Counted from the first letter of the stretch, positions 38,812 through 48,771 are shown. The stretch: 64,000 nucleotides of DNA from Fidelibacterota bacterium TCS55 (GCA_001577025.1 LSCF01000001.1:7609-71608), one strand, 5' to 3'. The notes: generated from the letters alone by a model not told the origin. Numbers and translations: made by a program.

Positions 38812-41800
38812 TTAAAAGTCAACATCTACTGTGAATGAAAAGGTACGATAATTCGGATATGTATACGAATCAACCCTAGCATTAACTGCTGAACCTAATT
38901 GACCTCCGCCACGACCAACTTCTGGGTCATAGCCTCTGTAATCAGTCCAAGTCATAAGGTTTCTTCCTACAATACCGACATTTAAACCACTCACACCAAA
39001 TCCACGCATGTCAACAAGACTAGCTAAATTGAATTTAACAGCTAGTTCTCTCAATTTGAGATAACTGCCATCTTCAACATAGAAGTCATTTGGAGCATTT
39101 ACGTGATATACATCGCGATAGTAAATCGTTGGCTTTTTCTCAGCGTCTGATTTTCCATATTGATCTGCATCACCGGTTGCTCCTTCACGAGCGCCCCATT
39201 GGCGAGTGTGATTATAGATGTTTCCGCCACTTTGGCCATCAAACAGTGCAAAAACTGTTAGACCTTGAAAACGGAAATTTGCATTAAAGGCATAACCAAA
39301 ATCTGGAACTGAAGTTCCGATTTGGTGAATTTTATTACCTGTTTCATCTACATATTGGATTGGACGTCCCCAATTATATGTCTGTGACATCCCAGAGCTA
39401 GTTGTACCCCAAAGTGATTTTGAGATACCATCACCAACACCATTCTCAGAACCAACCCAAACTAAATAGCCATCGCTATTTACAGCAAATTCAGCTGCAT
39501 TTGCTTGGTCATCTTTTGGAAGTTCAGATGTTTGTGTAGCCCATTTTGTTCCCCAGAAAGATGCATACTGTGTACCTTGCTTCATATAGAAGATCATTGG
39601 TCCACCAGCACTATATAGGTATGGAGGCATATCAAATTTGGTAATATTATGATCATATTTATCCCAGTTAAAACCGACAGATAGTGACATGTCACGAGTA
39701 TTAAGAACTGATGCATTTACAGATAATTCAAGAGCATCAGCTTCCAAAGTTCCCGCATTTCTCCACTGAGAACCATAACCATAAAAACCAGCTAATGGTA
39801 CAGGAAGGAGTTGGTCTTCATTTATTGTCGTTGATTGAGTAAGCTCAACAGAGACAATATCCATTATAGTAAAGTCCACACCTATTTCTGTTTCCGTTGT
39901 GGTTTGAGGCTTTAGATCCTTATTACCAAGCGCGCCTTTAGATATATTACCAGCAGCTACAGACCATGTTTCGTACTGATATCCAAATGCTGGACGAACA
40001 CCAGCTGTTCCATTACTGAAACGGAATTTGAATTCAGGGAAAAGACCAGCTAAAGGAGCCCAGAAGGCTTCTTCACTAAGGCGGTAAGCACCACTAAATT
40101 TGTAGTAACTGTTTTCTCTGTTACCAGGGCCAAACAATGAACTGCGGTCCTGACGTAGAGTAACATCAAGAATATAACGATCAAGGATATCTACCTGAGC
40201 ACCACCAGAGAAACCATCTGAATTAACAGTTTGATTTGAAGAACTAACTGTTTTATCAGCACCAGTTCCTAACTGTGGAACATCACCTACAGCTAAATTA
40301 TAAGCGTTACCAGAACGATAAGTATAATCATAAGCTTCATAATTATATCTAGCCTTAGCAATTATTGACATCCTGGGCAATTGAGTAGCATAGGTTATAC
40401 CTACATCACCATTGATAGCCTGCTCATTTGTATTTGATTTTGTCAAATTACCATCATTGAAATTTGGACTTGGAGTAACTGTCTTCCAACCTTTTGGATA
40501 ATAGTTTTTCCATAGACGTGAAGAACGATCAACACTTAAAGATCCAACAGCTCTTAATTGTGGCATAATTGTCCAACTAAAGTTTGATCCCAATAAAGAA
40601 CGCTGTCTAGTGCTAAGTCTCTCATTATTAGCAATCTGATATATTGGGTTTGCTTCTTCTTCATTTCTAGGATCAGGTTGAATATAATATTCGCCATCTG
40701 CATCCTTTGCTGTGATATCTACATCCCATGGGAAAAAAGTCACATCAAAAAATGAACCACTATTGGTTTCTTCTTTGAATGACTTTGAAAATAATGAACT
40801 AAAGCCAACTTTCAAATTATAGGGTAGATTCACATCTGTATTCAAACGAAAAGTATTTCGATTGAACCCATCAATAAATTTTCCAAAAACACCATCTTCT
40901 GAATGATTACCTAAGCTGACAAAAACATTAAAGTTTTCCTCATTGCGACTCATTGAGAAGTTGTGTTTTGTATAATTACCATCAGAAAACATTGCATCCA
41001 TATGGTTAAACCCTGGGCGCCCACCAGCTCCATCATTTGGGAGAAGTTTTGGACTACCATCTGTAGGATCACCAGTTGCATTGTATTTATATGGTTGGTC
41101 CGCGAAATAAATTCCAGCAGCCTTAAATGCATCATTCTTTGTTGCTACATCAGGACTTTTGGTTTTATCACGAGGGTCATAAGCTAGTCCAGTAGTAGCA
41201 TCAATCCACCAGCCTGTAGCAGGGTCTACCTTATACCAATGAGAACCATTGGTTTCAATAGAACCAACAAGCTCATTATAGCCTTGTTCCATTTTATAAT
41301 TAAAACGGGTTTGACCTAAACCAACTTCAGATCCACGTTTCGTTGTTATGGCAATAACACCATTTGCAGCACGTGCACCATATTCGGTTGCTCCTGCTGC
41401 ACCTTTGATGATCTCAATATCTTGAACATCGTCAGGACTAATATCACCCATAGGGCTTCCTGAAACAGATGGGTCAATAATAATACCATCAACAATGTAA
41501 AGTGGTGCCTGAGAACGGCCACTAGAATTAATACTAGTTGCTCCTCTTAATTGTACAGAAGCAGCATATCCAGGTTCACCTGTAGATTTAACCACTTTAA
41601 CACCAGCAGATTTTCCACGAATCATTGATTCGACAGTTGTTGCTGGAGCCATTTCTAGTACTTCGGCATCAATTTTATCAATAGCAAACGGTGTCTTGGT
41701 TTTTGTCAGCTCTCCGGCAACTCCTGTTACCATTACAGCGTCCATTTTCAAAACGTCTTCTTGTAAAGAAAAGTCTTGAGTCCCTGATTCAGTTACTGTT

Positions 41801-42051
41801 ACAGAGGCTTGTTTATAACCAATATAACGAGCAGTAACTTTAGCAGAGCTTAAACCGGCAGGAACTGTAAGTGAATAGTTCCCATCCATATCCGTCGAAG
41901 TACCTACATCAGTTCCTTCGACAAGTACGTTTGCACCGATCAGCTTATCGCCAGTACCAGCATCGGTAACGCTTCCTGAAACCTGAAATTGCGCAAAGAG
42001 CATTCCAGGAATTAGCAGCATACCTATAATCATTGCAAATGATTTGCGCAT
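38812..42051 (-). CDS. SusC/RagA-family TonB-linked outer-membrane transporter
   Basis: I chose the start at MRKSFAMIIGMLLIPGMLFAQ, with GGAGGG 7 nt upstream. CarbopepD_reg (VSGSVTDAGTGDKLIGANVLVEG). SusC plug signature PLYIVDGIIID...IEIIKGAAGATEYGARAANGVIAITTKRG. Barrel ends ...FTVDVDF. Confidence 0.88.
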   Translation of the reverse strand: MRKSFAMIIGMLLIPGMLFAQFQVSGSVTDAGTGDKLIGANVLVEGTDVGTSTDMDGNYSLTVPAGLSSAKVTARYIGYKQASVTVTESGTQDFSLQEDVLKMDAVMVTGVAGELTKTKTPFAIDKIDAEVLEMAPATTVESMIRGKSAGVKVVKSTGEPGYAASVQLRGATSINSSGRSQAPLYIVDGIIIDPSVSGSPMGDISPDDVQDIEIIKGAAGATEYGARAANGVIAITTKRGSEVGLGQTRFNYKMEQGYNELVGSIETNGSHWYKVDPATGWWIDATTGLAYDPRDKTKSPDVATKNDAFKAAGIYFADQPYKYNATGDPTDGSPKLLPNDGAGGRPGFNHMDAMFSDGNYTKHNFSMSRNEENFNVFVSLGNHSEDGVFGKFIDGFNRNTFRLNTDVNLPYNLKVGFSSLFSKSFKEETNSGSFFDVTFFPWDVDITAKDADGEYYIQPDPRNEEEANPIYQIANNERLSTRQRSLLGSNFSWTIMPQLRAVGSLSVDRSSRLWKNYYPKGWKTVTPSPNFNDGNLTKSNTNEQAINGDVGITYATQLPRMSIIAKARYNYEAYDYTYRSGNAYNLAVGDVPQLGTGADKTVSSSNQTVNSDGFSGGAQVDILDRYILDVTLRQDRSSLFGPGNRENSYYKFSGAYRLSEEAFWAPLAGLFPEFKFRFSNGTAGVRPAFGYQYETWSVAAGNISKGALGNKDLKPQTTTETEIGVDFTIMDIVSVELTQSTTINEDQLLPVPLAGFYGYGSQWRNAGTLEADALELSVNASVLNTRDMSLSVGFNWDKYDHNITKFDMPPYLYSAGGPMIFYMKQGTQYASFWGTKWATQTSELPKDDQANAAEFAVNSDGYLVWVGSENGVGDGISKSLWGTTSSGMSQTYNWGRPIQYVDETGNKIHQIGTSVPDFGYAFNANFRFQGLTVFALFDGQSGGNIYNHTRQWGAREGATGDADQYGKSDAEKKPTIYYRDVYHVNAPNDFYVEDGSYLKLRELAVKFNLASLVDMRGFGVSGLNVGIVGRNLMTWTDYRGYDPEVGRGGGQLGSAVNARVDSYTYPNYRTFSFTVDVDF

Positions 42052-42278
42052 ATACATGCCCTCCAAGATGATTAATAATAAAAGAGCCTCTCTTTAGAAA
42101 GGCCCTAGTTAAGTCTTCGGGTGGAGATTAAGACCTATATAATAGATTATCCAACCTTTTTTTAATTTTTATTTTTTGACTCATTTTCTTGGATTTTGAT
42201 CGATTTCACCTAAAATTAATTCATCATTTTTCCTACCCAAACTGGAGAATCCTTGACGAGGCAACCCAAAACGACTTC

Positions 42279-43259
42279 ATGAGAACTGCATTTGTTACCG
42301 GCGGTGCCGGCCATGTAGGCGGCAATCTTGTACGCCAACTCCTTTCTAAGGGATGGTCTGTTCGGTGTTTAATTCACCATGATACGCGTGCTTTAGAAGG
42401 ACTTTCGGTGGAGCGTATCGAAGGGAATCTCTCCGATAAAAAACAATTAACCACGCAAATGGTTGGATGCGACGCCCTATTTCACACTGCAGCCTATGTG
42501 GCAGTAGAGCATGTGGATATTGAAAAAATGAAAGCTATTAATGTTGATGGCACATCAGCTATTTGCCAAGCGGCTATTGATGCGCAGGTTCCAAAACTAA
42601 TTCATTTTTCTAGTGTGCATGCATTTCAACAACGGCCAACAGATCAACCGCTTATAGAAGATCGCCCATTGGTTTCATGGGGTGAATCGGCACCTTACGA
42701 CCAAACGAAGGCTGCCGCCCAAAGAGTTGTTTATGACGCTTGCGATCGGGGACTAAATGCCAGCATCCTGCACCCTACCGGCGTTTTAGGCCCTTATGAT
42801 TTTAAACCCAGCCGCATGGGGCAGGTGATTATGGATATTTTGAATAAAAAAATGCCATTCACCATTAATAATGGCTTTAATTGGGTGGATGTGCGGGATG
42901 TATGTGAATCCGCCATAAATTGTGTGGATGCAGGCAAACAGGGTCAGCATTATATTTTGCCCGGCGAATGGGCAACCTTTCGACAAATTTCAGATATTAT
43001 TTCTCAACAAATTGGCCAGCGAACTGCTTATGGCACATTACCCTTTTGGACCGCATATACCGCCCTGCCTTTTGCCTATGTTTTTTCAAAACTAACGGGC
43101 AATCGACCTTCATTTAGCCGGGGCAGCCTTCATGCCTTATCCCTACAATGCAAAGATATTCCCGGAACATTGGCTAAAGCAGAATTGGGCCATACACCGC
43201 GGTCTTTACAACATACAATTCAGGATACAGTTGATTGGATGATTAAACATGCTGATTGA
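42279..43259 (+). CDS. NAD(P)-dependent extended SDR (epimerase/dehydratase, dihydroflavonol-reductase or 3-beta-HSD-like)
   Basis: I chose the start at MRTAFVTGGAGHVGGNLVRQLL (Rossmann GxxGxxG). Catalytic YDQTK (YxxxK). The tracked TTG extension of 30 codons has no support. Confidence 0.8.
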   Translation: MRTAFVTGGAGHVGGNLVRQLLSKGWSVRCLIHHDTRALEGLSVERIEGNLSDKKQLTTQMVGCDALFHTAAYVAVEHVDIEKMKAINVDGTSAICQAAIDAQVPKLIHFSSVHAFQQRPTDQPLIEDRPLVSWGESAPYDQTKAAAQRVVYDACDRGLNASILHPTGVLGPYDFKPSRMGQVIMDILNKKMPFTINNGFNWVDVRDVCESAINCVDAGKQGQHYILPGEWATFRQISDIISQQIGQRTAYGTLPFWTAYTALPFAYVFSKLTGNRPSFSRGSLHALSLQCKDIPGTLAKAELGHTPRSLQHTIQDTVDWMIKHAD

Positions 43260-44022
43260 TCAATGGCAATATGAACTAACCATTTGGATTTGGCTGGGTA
43301 TTGCAGCTGGTACTTTCATTTTACTTATGTTCGTTCGTGCGCCCTATGGCCGCCATGAGCGTCCCGGCTGGGGGCCGCGAATCCCTGCCCGGCTGGGATG
43401 GATTGCAATGGAATCCCCCTGTATTATTGTTATGACAGTCTTTTTTGGTATTGGTGCTTCCGGATGGAATTTGGCCGACCCCACAGGCATTATTTTTTAT
43501 ATCATGTGGATGACCCACTATGTTCACCGCAGCTGGGTTTGGCCAGCCCGGGCCCATATTTCGGGCAAAAAAATGCCCATCAGCATAGTCCTTTTTGCCA
43601 TTGGATTCAATAGTATTAACTCATGGCTTAATGCAGAATGGATATTCAGCCTCCATCACCCCTATCCCTATGAATGGCTCTATAGCCCCCAATTTATTAT
43701 TGGCGTTATGCTGTTTATTACCGGTATGGGTATCAATATTAAAACGGATGATATGCTGTTTGCGCTTCGTGAAAATGGGGAGGTGGATTATAAAATCCCT
43801 CACGGTCATATGTTCAAATGGATTTCCTGTCCCAATTATTTTGGGGAAATTTTAGAATGGATTGGCTGGGCATTGGCCACATGGTCATTGGCTGGATTAT
43901 CCTTCGCCGTTTGGGCCATAGCCAATTTGGTGCCACGCGCTCGGGCAAACCATAAATGGTATTTAGAAAATTTTGCTGAATATCCACGTTCTCGAAAAGC
44001 ATTAATCCCCAAAATCTGGTAG
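43249..44022 (+). CDS. Membrane 3-oxo-5-alpha-steroid 4-dehydrogenase (SRD5A / steroid 5-alpha-reductase) family protein
   Basis: 257 aa, polytopic. C-terminus CPNYFGEILEWIGWALATWSL...ANHKWYLENFAEYPRSRKALIP closely matches the SRD5A signature (NYFGEIxEW...H.WY...F..YP..RKA.IP). Overlaps the SDR gene by 11 nt. Confidence 0.85.
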   Translation: MLIDQWQYELTIWIWLGIAAGTFILLMFVRAPYGRHERPGWGPRIPARLGWIAMESPCIIVMTVFFGIGASGWNLADPTGIIFYIMWMTHYVHRSWVWPARAHISGKKMPISIVLFAIGFNSINSWLNAEWIFSLHHPYPYEWLYSPQFIIGVMLFITGMGINIKTDDMLFALRENGEVDYKIPHGHMFKWISCPNYFGEILEWIGWALATWSLAGLSFAVWAIANLVPRARANHKWYLENFAEYPRSRKALIPKIW

Positions 44023-44126
44023 GGGATTATTTTATTGATTATCTGCTTCGTTTATCAGCAGTTTTGACTGCGCTTTTTAAAGCTTAACCACAACCACTGG
44101 TGCCAGCATAGTACCATTTAGGTATT

Positions 44127-46154
44127 ATGCGACGTATAAAAAAATATTTATTTTTATTTGGTTTAGCATTGTCCTCAATGTTAATGGCGCAGACTACCCT
44201 TTCCGTCGGTGATCTGGTTTTTGTTACCGTCAATGCAGATGGTAACAAAAATTTTGATTTTGTTCCCCTAATCGATCTTGATGCCAACACTGTCATTTAT
44301 TTTTCAGATAACCCTTGGGATGGTTCAGAACTAAAAACAACAGAAGGTACACTGAAGTACACTGCCAGCGCTGCTGTGTCTGCGGGCACGGTTGTTTCTT
44401 ATTCTGGGGCTATATCCGGCGATTGGACCAATGAAGATGCAGGGTTCAATCCATCAGGAACGGGAGATAATATACTCGCTTTTCAAGGCAGTTCATCTTC
44501 CCCTATTTTCATTGCCGGTGTAGGTTGGGCAAGGGGTACAACTTGGATCAGTAGCGGAAGCACAACAACAAACAATTCCTATATCCCCTCTGCTTTATCA
44601 ACAAGTAATCATTCAATCGTTTCACTTTCTACCAAAGATAATTATCAATATGATACATCAAAGGGTATCATCGGGACCAAGTCGGATCTGCGTTATCTAC
44701 TATCTCAGGTTGATAATTACAATAGCAATAGCTCGAGTGCATACTCTGCCCTTTCTACCACATTTACTGTGGGTCAAGCCATAAGCGGTGACTCGGGATT
44801 TCGAATGTTATCAAGCCCGGTAGCCGGCACCACTTATGATGATTTACTTGCCCCGCTCTGGACACAGGGGATAACCAACGCCGATGTGTCAAGCGGTGAC
44901 GCCAATGTATGGATTTATGACCCTGTGAATTCTCTTTTCAAAGCCATGACCAACCTAACCACATCCACTTATACTGCAGGAAATGGTCTTTTAATCTATG
45001 TGTTTTCTGACACCGATAATGATGGAGTTGACGATTTGCCTGTTTATCTCAATGTGAGCGGTACAGAAAGCACACCAACCGTATCTGTTTCCACAGCTGA
45101 ATCCGCATGGAATCTTTTAGGCAACCCCTATGAATCCACTATTGATGCAGATCAGCTGTTTTCAGATAATCCTAATTTCTCTTCGGCGGTCTATGTCTGG
45201 GATGACGCCAATTCTCAATATCAATCATGGAATGGGACTACAGGCGGATTGACCGATGGCTTGATTGCGCCTTATCAAGGATTTTGGGTTGAATCCAATG
45301 CAGGCGGCACTACTTATGATTTTAAAAGTGATTGCAAAACGGGAACCGTAGGTACATTTTTAAAATCACGGGAAACCCAGTCTGGCAGTATGGTAATTCA
45401 TGTTGAATCTGAACACGGGAAGGCATCCACTTATCTCTCCTTTTCATCAGATGGATATTTAGATTTAGATATTCGAGATGCCTCCCAACTCATGCCCTTG
45501 GATATAAAAAGGCACCTGGCTGTCATGACATTCAGCGACACTACCGCATTACAAATACAGCATTTGCCCAATATTTGGCCCGGGATATTATCTATTCCAT
45601 TAGAAATGGTTTTGCTGGAACCAAATACGTATGGCTATGTATCCATTGATGCGCCAATTAAAATGACATGGGATATTTCTTCTTTGCCAACAGATATAGT
45701 GGCCTACCTTAAAAACAGCAATACGGACCAGTATATCAAAATGGTTGAAGGCGGTTCAATAGAGGTTCAAACTCGTGGTGTCGGCACGATACCATTGAGG
45801 GCTGGGGTATCGGTCTATCCAAAAATTGATTCATCCCAATATGAACTTATGTTTGTGTCTGCAAATATGGAAACAGATAGTGAAACGCCCAACCGGTTCA
45901 GGCTCCACCCTGCCTTTCCCAATCCCTTTAATGGATCCACAACCCTATCTTTTGAAATACCAAAGAAAGGTCCAGTCAGTATTTATATATATAATATAAG
46001 GGGTGAGCAAGTGAGCCACATTATAAATGAACCCCAACTTGCCGGGAAACAATCCATTCAATGGGATCCGAACCCTTTGCCTTCGGGGATATACTTTTGC
46101 CGCATACAGTTCGGACAACAGTCTAAAACAAATAAACTTTTATTTATGAAATAA
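44127..46154 (+). CDS. Secreted protein of unknown function with a T9SS C-terminal sorting domain
   Basis: 675 aa. Signal LALSSMLMAQ. C-terminal Por_Secre_tail-like HPAFPNPFNGSTTLSFEI...VSIYIYNIRGEQV...LPSGIYFCRIQFG...KLLFMK. Confidence 0.85.
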   Translation: MRRIKKYLFLFGLALSSMLMAQTTLSVGDLVFVTVNADGNKNFDFVPLIDLDANTVIYFSDNPWDGSELKTTEGTLKYTASAAVSAGTVVSYSGAISGDWTNEDAGFNPSGTGDNILAFQGSSSSPIFIAGVGWARGTTWISSGSTTTNNSYIPSALSTSNHSIVSLSTKDNYQYDTSKGIIGTKSDLRYLLSQVDNYNSNSSSAYSALSTTFTVGQAISGDSGFRMLSSPVAGTTYDDLLAPLWTQGITNADVSSGDANVWIYDPVNSLFKAMTNLTTSTYTAGNGLLIYVFSDTDNDGVDDLPVYLNVSGTESTPTVSVSTAESAWNLLGNPYESTIDADQLFSDNPNFSSAVYVWDDANSQYQSWNGTTGGLTDGLIAPYQGFWVESNAGGTTYDFKSDCKTGTVGTFLKSRETQSGSMVIHVESEHGKASTYLSFSSDGYLDLDIRDASQLMPLDIKRHLAVMTFSDTTALQIQHLPNIWPGILSIPLEMVLLEPNTYGYVSIDAPIKMTWDISSLPTDIVAYLKNSNTDQYIKMVEGGSIEVQTRGVGTIPLRAGVSVYPKIDSSQYELMFVSANMETDSETPNRFRLHPAFPNPFNGSTTLSFEIPKKGPVSIYIYNIRGEQVSHIINEPQLAGKQSIQWDPNPLPSGIYFCRIQFGQQSKTNKLLFMK

Positions 46155-46166
46155 AGGAGAATAATC

Positions 46167-46349
46167 ATGAAATATGGAACATGGAATTATGGAAAATGGT
46201 TAGCGTTTATCATCCCCATATCCACAATGATAGCACAACCAACTTTCCCTTCAACCCCCAACCAGGCGCCAATCGGTGGATTGGGTGTTTTGGCGGCAGC
46301 TGGCGGTGCCCTTGCACTCAAAAAGCTGTGGGGAAATCGTAAACGATAA
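46167..46349 (+). CDS. 60-aa ORF: signal peptide plus a C-terminal sorting-signal-like tail (Gly-rich motif, TM, basic cluster)
   Basis: AGGAGA SD 7 nt upstream. MKYGTWNYGKWLAFIIPISTMIAQ | PTFPSTPNQAPIGG | LGVLAAAGGALAL | KKLWGNRKR. Confidence 0.55.
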   Translation: MKYGTWNYGKWLAFIIPISTMIAQPTFPSTPNQAPIGGLGVLAAAGGALALKKLWGNRKR

Positions 46350-46466
46350 AGCTCCATTTCTCGACGGAAATAAAAAATATTTAAAAAATTATTGCGCTCA
46401 ATTGAATTTGGTGCGTAGTATAAAACACACGCGTAAGTAACACGAAAAAACAAGTAGGAGTACGAT

Positions 46467-46871
46467 ATGCAAAAAGGTAGTGTAAATAAAGTGGTGTTGG
46501 TTGGACACCTGGGTGGCGACCCGGAAACACGGTTCACGCCGTCCGGTGCTGCCGTGGCCAACTTCAATCTAGCAACCAATGAATCCTGGCGTGATTCTAA
46601 CGGTGAACTTCAGGATAAAACCGAATGGCACCGTTGTGTTATGTTTGGGAAATCTGCGGAAATGTCCGGCGAGCTTTTGAAAAAAGGCCAGCTGGTCTAT
46701 TTGGAGGGTAAGCTCCAAACCCGTAACTGGGAAGACAAGGATGGTGTAAAACGCTATACCACAGAAGTGGTCTGTGATTTGTTCACCATGCTTGGCCGCA
46801 AGATGGACAACGGCGGCGGACAGGCTAAGCCTGTTGCTGCTGGTGATGATGAAGACGATTTACCGTTTTAA
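46467..46871 (+). CDS. ssb: Single-stranded DNA-binding protein
   Basis: 134 aa. VNKVVLVGHLGGDPETRFTPSGAAVANFNLATNE OB-fold, and acidic tip DDEDDLPF. GGAG SD. Confidence 0.95.
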   Translation: MQKGSVNKVVLVGHLGGDPETRFTPSGAAVANFNLATNESWRDSNGELQDKTEWHRCVMFGKSAEMSGELLKKGQLVYLEGKLQTRNWEDKDGVKRYTTEVVCDLFTMLGRKMDNGGGQAKPVAAGDDEDDLPF

Positions 46872-46893
46872 TCATTAATCCAAATCGCTAGAT

Positions 46894-46929
46894 AAAAAAA
46901 GGCCCTGGGTTTTCCGGGGCCTTTTTTTA
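46894..46929 (+). terminator. Rho-independent terminator after ssb
   Basis: ggccctgg / ccggggcc stem flanked by an A-run and followed by TTTTTTTAT. Confidence 0.7.
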
Positions 46930-46976
46930 TTTCATATGCGTATTTTCTTTCCTTCAAATTCGTAACTGGAGGCACA

Positions 46977-48710
46977 ATGAAACGATTTTTCTTATTTCTA
47001 TTTTCCATTCTCATTGCCGGAGAAGCAGACATTGTTATCAAAAATGGTACTGTGTGGACGGTTAACAAATCCAACCCAACCGCACAGGCCATCGCTATAA
47101 AAAATAATAAGATTATTCATGTGGGGTCAAATCACACCATTCAATCTTTCATAGGAGATCATACCCAAATTATTGATGCAAAAGGCAAACTTGTACTTCC
47201 TGGATTCAATGATAACCATGTGCATTTTGAATCTACATGCCGGATTGTGACTGGATTAAATCTCATGGATGTCCATGAAGAAAAACCGTTTATTGAACGC
47301 GTGCGTAGTGTGCACGAACGCTTCGCCACCGGGGTATGGATTACAGGCGGACTTTGGTCAGCTTACGAAGCATGGGGGTTAAGTTCCATAGGCGAAGAAG
47401 GGAGAAAAGCAAAAAAAGATTTTTTCAAGCCCCACCGCAAGATGGTGGATAAACTTATAGGAGACCGCCACCTTTTTATTCAGCGGTTTGATAGAAAAAT
47501 ATTCTTTGCCAATGGCAATGCCCTTAAAGCTGCCGGCATTACAAAAACCTCTCCAGACCCTCCAAATATAAAGGTCGAGAGAGACCGCCGTGGCAACCCC
47601 ACAGGCATCCTTTCGGGGAGTGGTGTTCAAAACCATTTTGGGACGATTATACCGCCCCGTTCATGGGAACAGCGTGTATGGGAATCGGAAGCGGTTTTAA
47701 AACGGTGTGCCCAATACGGTGTCACCAGTTTATCCGATATGTCCGATTCGCGACAGAGAGAAATTTTTTATCACCTTCGTAATGAAGGAAAACTCACTGC
47801 GCGCATCCACTCCCGAGGCTATTTGGATCAATGGGAAAAGATGGCTGAATTTGGTATCAAAAAAGGGGCGGGAGATGAAATGATTCGGTTGGGAACCGTA
47901 AAGGCATGGATCGATGGGATTATGGGTAATTCCACTGCGCGGTTCTACGAACCCTACTCACATAATACAAACGAGTTTGGATTGTGGCGGAAGATTATGT
48001 TTCCATGGCGATCCAAAAATGGAGGGCGAGACCTCCAAAGCAATTTGGAATATTTGGCATTAAAGGCCGACTCCGCTGACATCCAATTGTCTGTCCATGC
48101 TATCGGGGATGCAGCCAATGGGTACTTATTGGATATGGTGGACAGGCTCATTAAGCACAATGGAGAAAAGGATCGGCGGTTTCGTCTGGTACATGCCCAA
48201 GTGATTAATCCGAAAGATTATGAACGGTTTGCAGGCAAAAATATTATTGCCGAGGTACAGCCTTATCACTGTACCGATGATATGCGCTGGATGGAAGAAC
48301 GGATTGGTCACGAGCGATCGAAGGGGGCCTATCCTTTCCGATCCTTGTGGGATAGTGGTGCCGTAGTCTGTTTTGGGTCTGATTCTCCCGGCACCAATGC
48401 TTCTCGATATCCATTGAACCCCATGTTGGGATTATATGCAGCCGTCACTCGCCAGACTTTGGAGGGCAATCCTGAAGAAGGCTGGTTCCCGGATGAGCGC
48501 ATCACCATTGAAGAGGCCATCCAGGCTTATACACTAAATTCAGCCTACGCATCCCACGAGGAAAATATTAAAGGATCTATATCTGTGGGGAAATTGGCGG
48601 ATGTGGTTATTGTATCTGAAAATTTGCTTGAGATTGATCCGGTGCGAATAAAGGACGTTGAAGTTGTTACTACCATTTTCGATGGAAAAGTAATTTATCA
48701 AAAGGACTGA
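46977..48710 (+). CDS. Amidohydrolase-family (Amidohydro_3) hydrolase, secreted
   Basis: 577 aa. Signal MKRFFLFLFSILIAG. GFNDNHVHFES, SVHAIGD and GSDSPG. Same architecture as 15847..17547. Confidence 0.8.
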   Translation: MKRFFLFLFSILIAGEADIVIKNGTVWTVNKSNPTAQAIAIKNNKIIHVGSNHTIQSFIGDHTQIIDAKGKLVLPGFNDNHVHFESTCRIVTGLNLMDVHEEKPFIERVRSVHERFATGVWITGGLWSAYEAWGLSSIGEEGRKAKKDFFKPHRKMVDKLIGDRHLFIQRFDRKIFFANGNALKAAGITKTSPDPPNIKVERDRRGNPTGILSGSGVQNHFGTIIPPRSWEQRVWESEAVLKRCAQYGVTSLSDMSDSRQREIFYHLRNEGKLTARIHSRGYLDQWEKMAEFGIKKGAGDEMIRLGTVKAWIDGIMGNSTARFYEPYSHNTNEFGLWRKIMFPWRSKNGGRDLQSNLEYLALKADSADIQLSVHAIGDAANGYLLDMVDRLIKHNGEKDRRFRLVHAQVINPKDYERFAGKNIIAEVQPYHCTDDMRWMEERIGHERSKGAYPFRSLWDSGAVVCFGSDSPGTNASRYPLNPMLGLYAAVTRQTLEGNPEEGWFPDERITIEEAIQAYTLNSAYASHEENIKGSISVGKLADVVIVSENLLEIDPVRIKDVEVVTTIFDGKVIYQKD

Positions 48711-48771
48711 TTTACATTCATCCCTTTTTGTAAAATCGACACCTTATTTTTCATCTAATTAAACAGAACTG

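Noticed and set aside
36421-42066. Impression that the SusC/SusD block is more AT-rich than its surroundings and could be a horizontally acquired island.
   Set aside because: Hand counts of 60-nt samples gave 37-38% GC here. Another native-looking gene (27001..27060) also gave 38%, against 45% at 48001..48060. That spread is too noisy to support a compositional boundary, and no integrase, tRNA or direct repeats flank the block. Proper windowed GC and k-mer analysis is needed.
42100-42150. Possible regulatory hairpin in the SusC/SDR divergent intergenic region (gtctt...aagac).
   Set aside because: It has only a 5-bp stem with a 12-nt loop, which is not distinguishable from chance.
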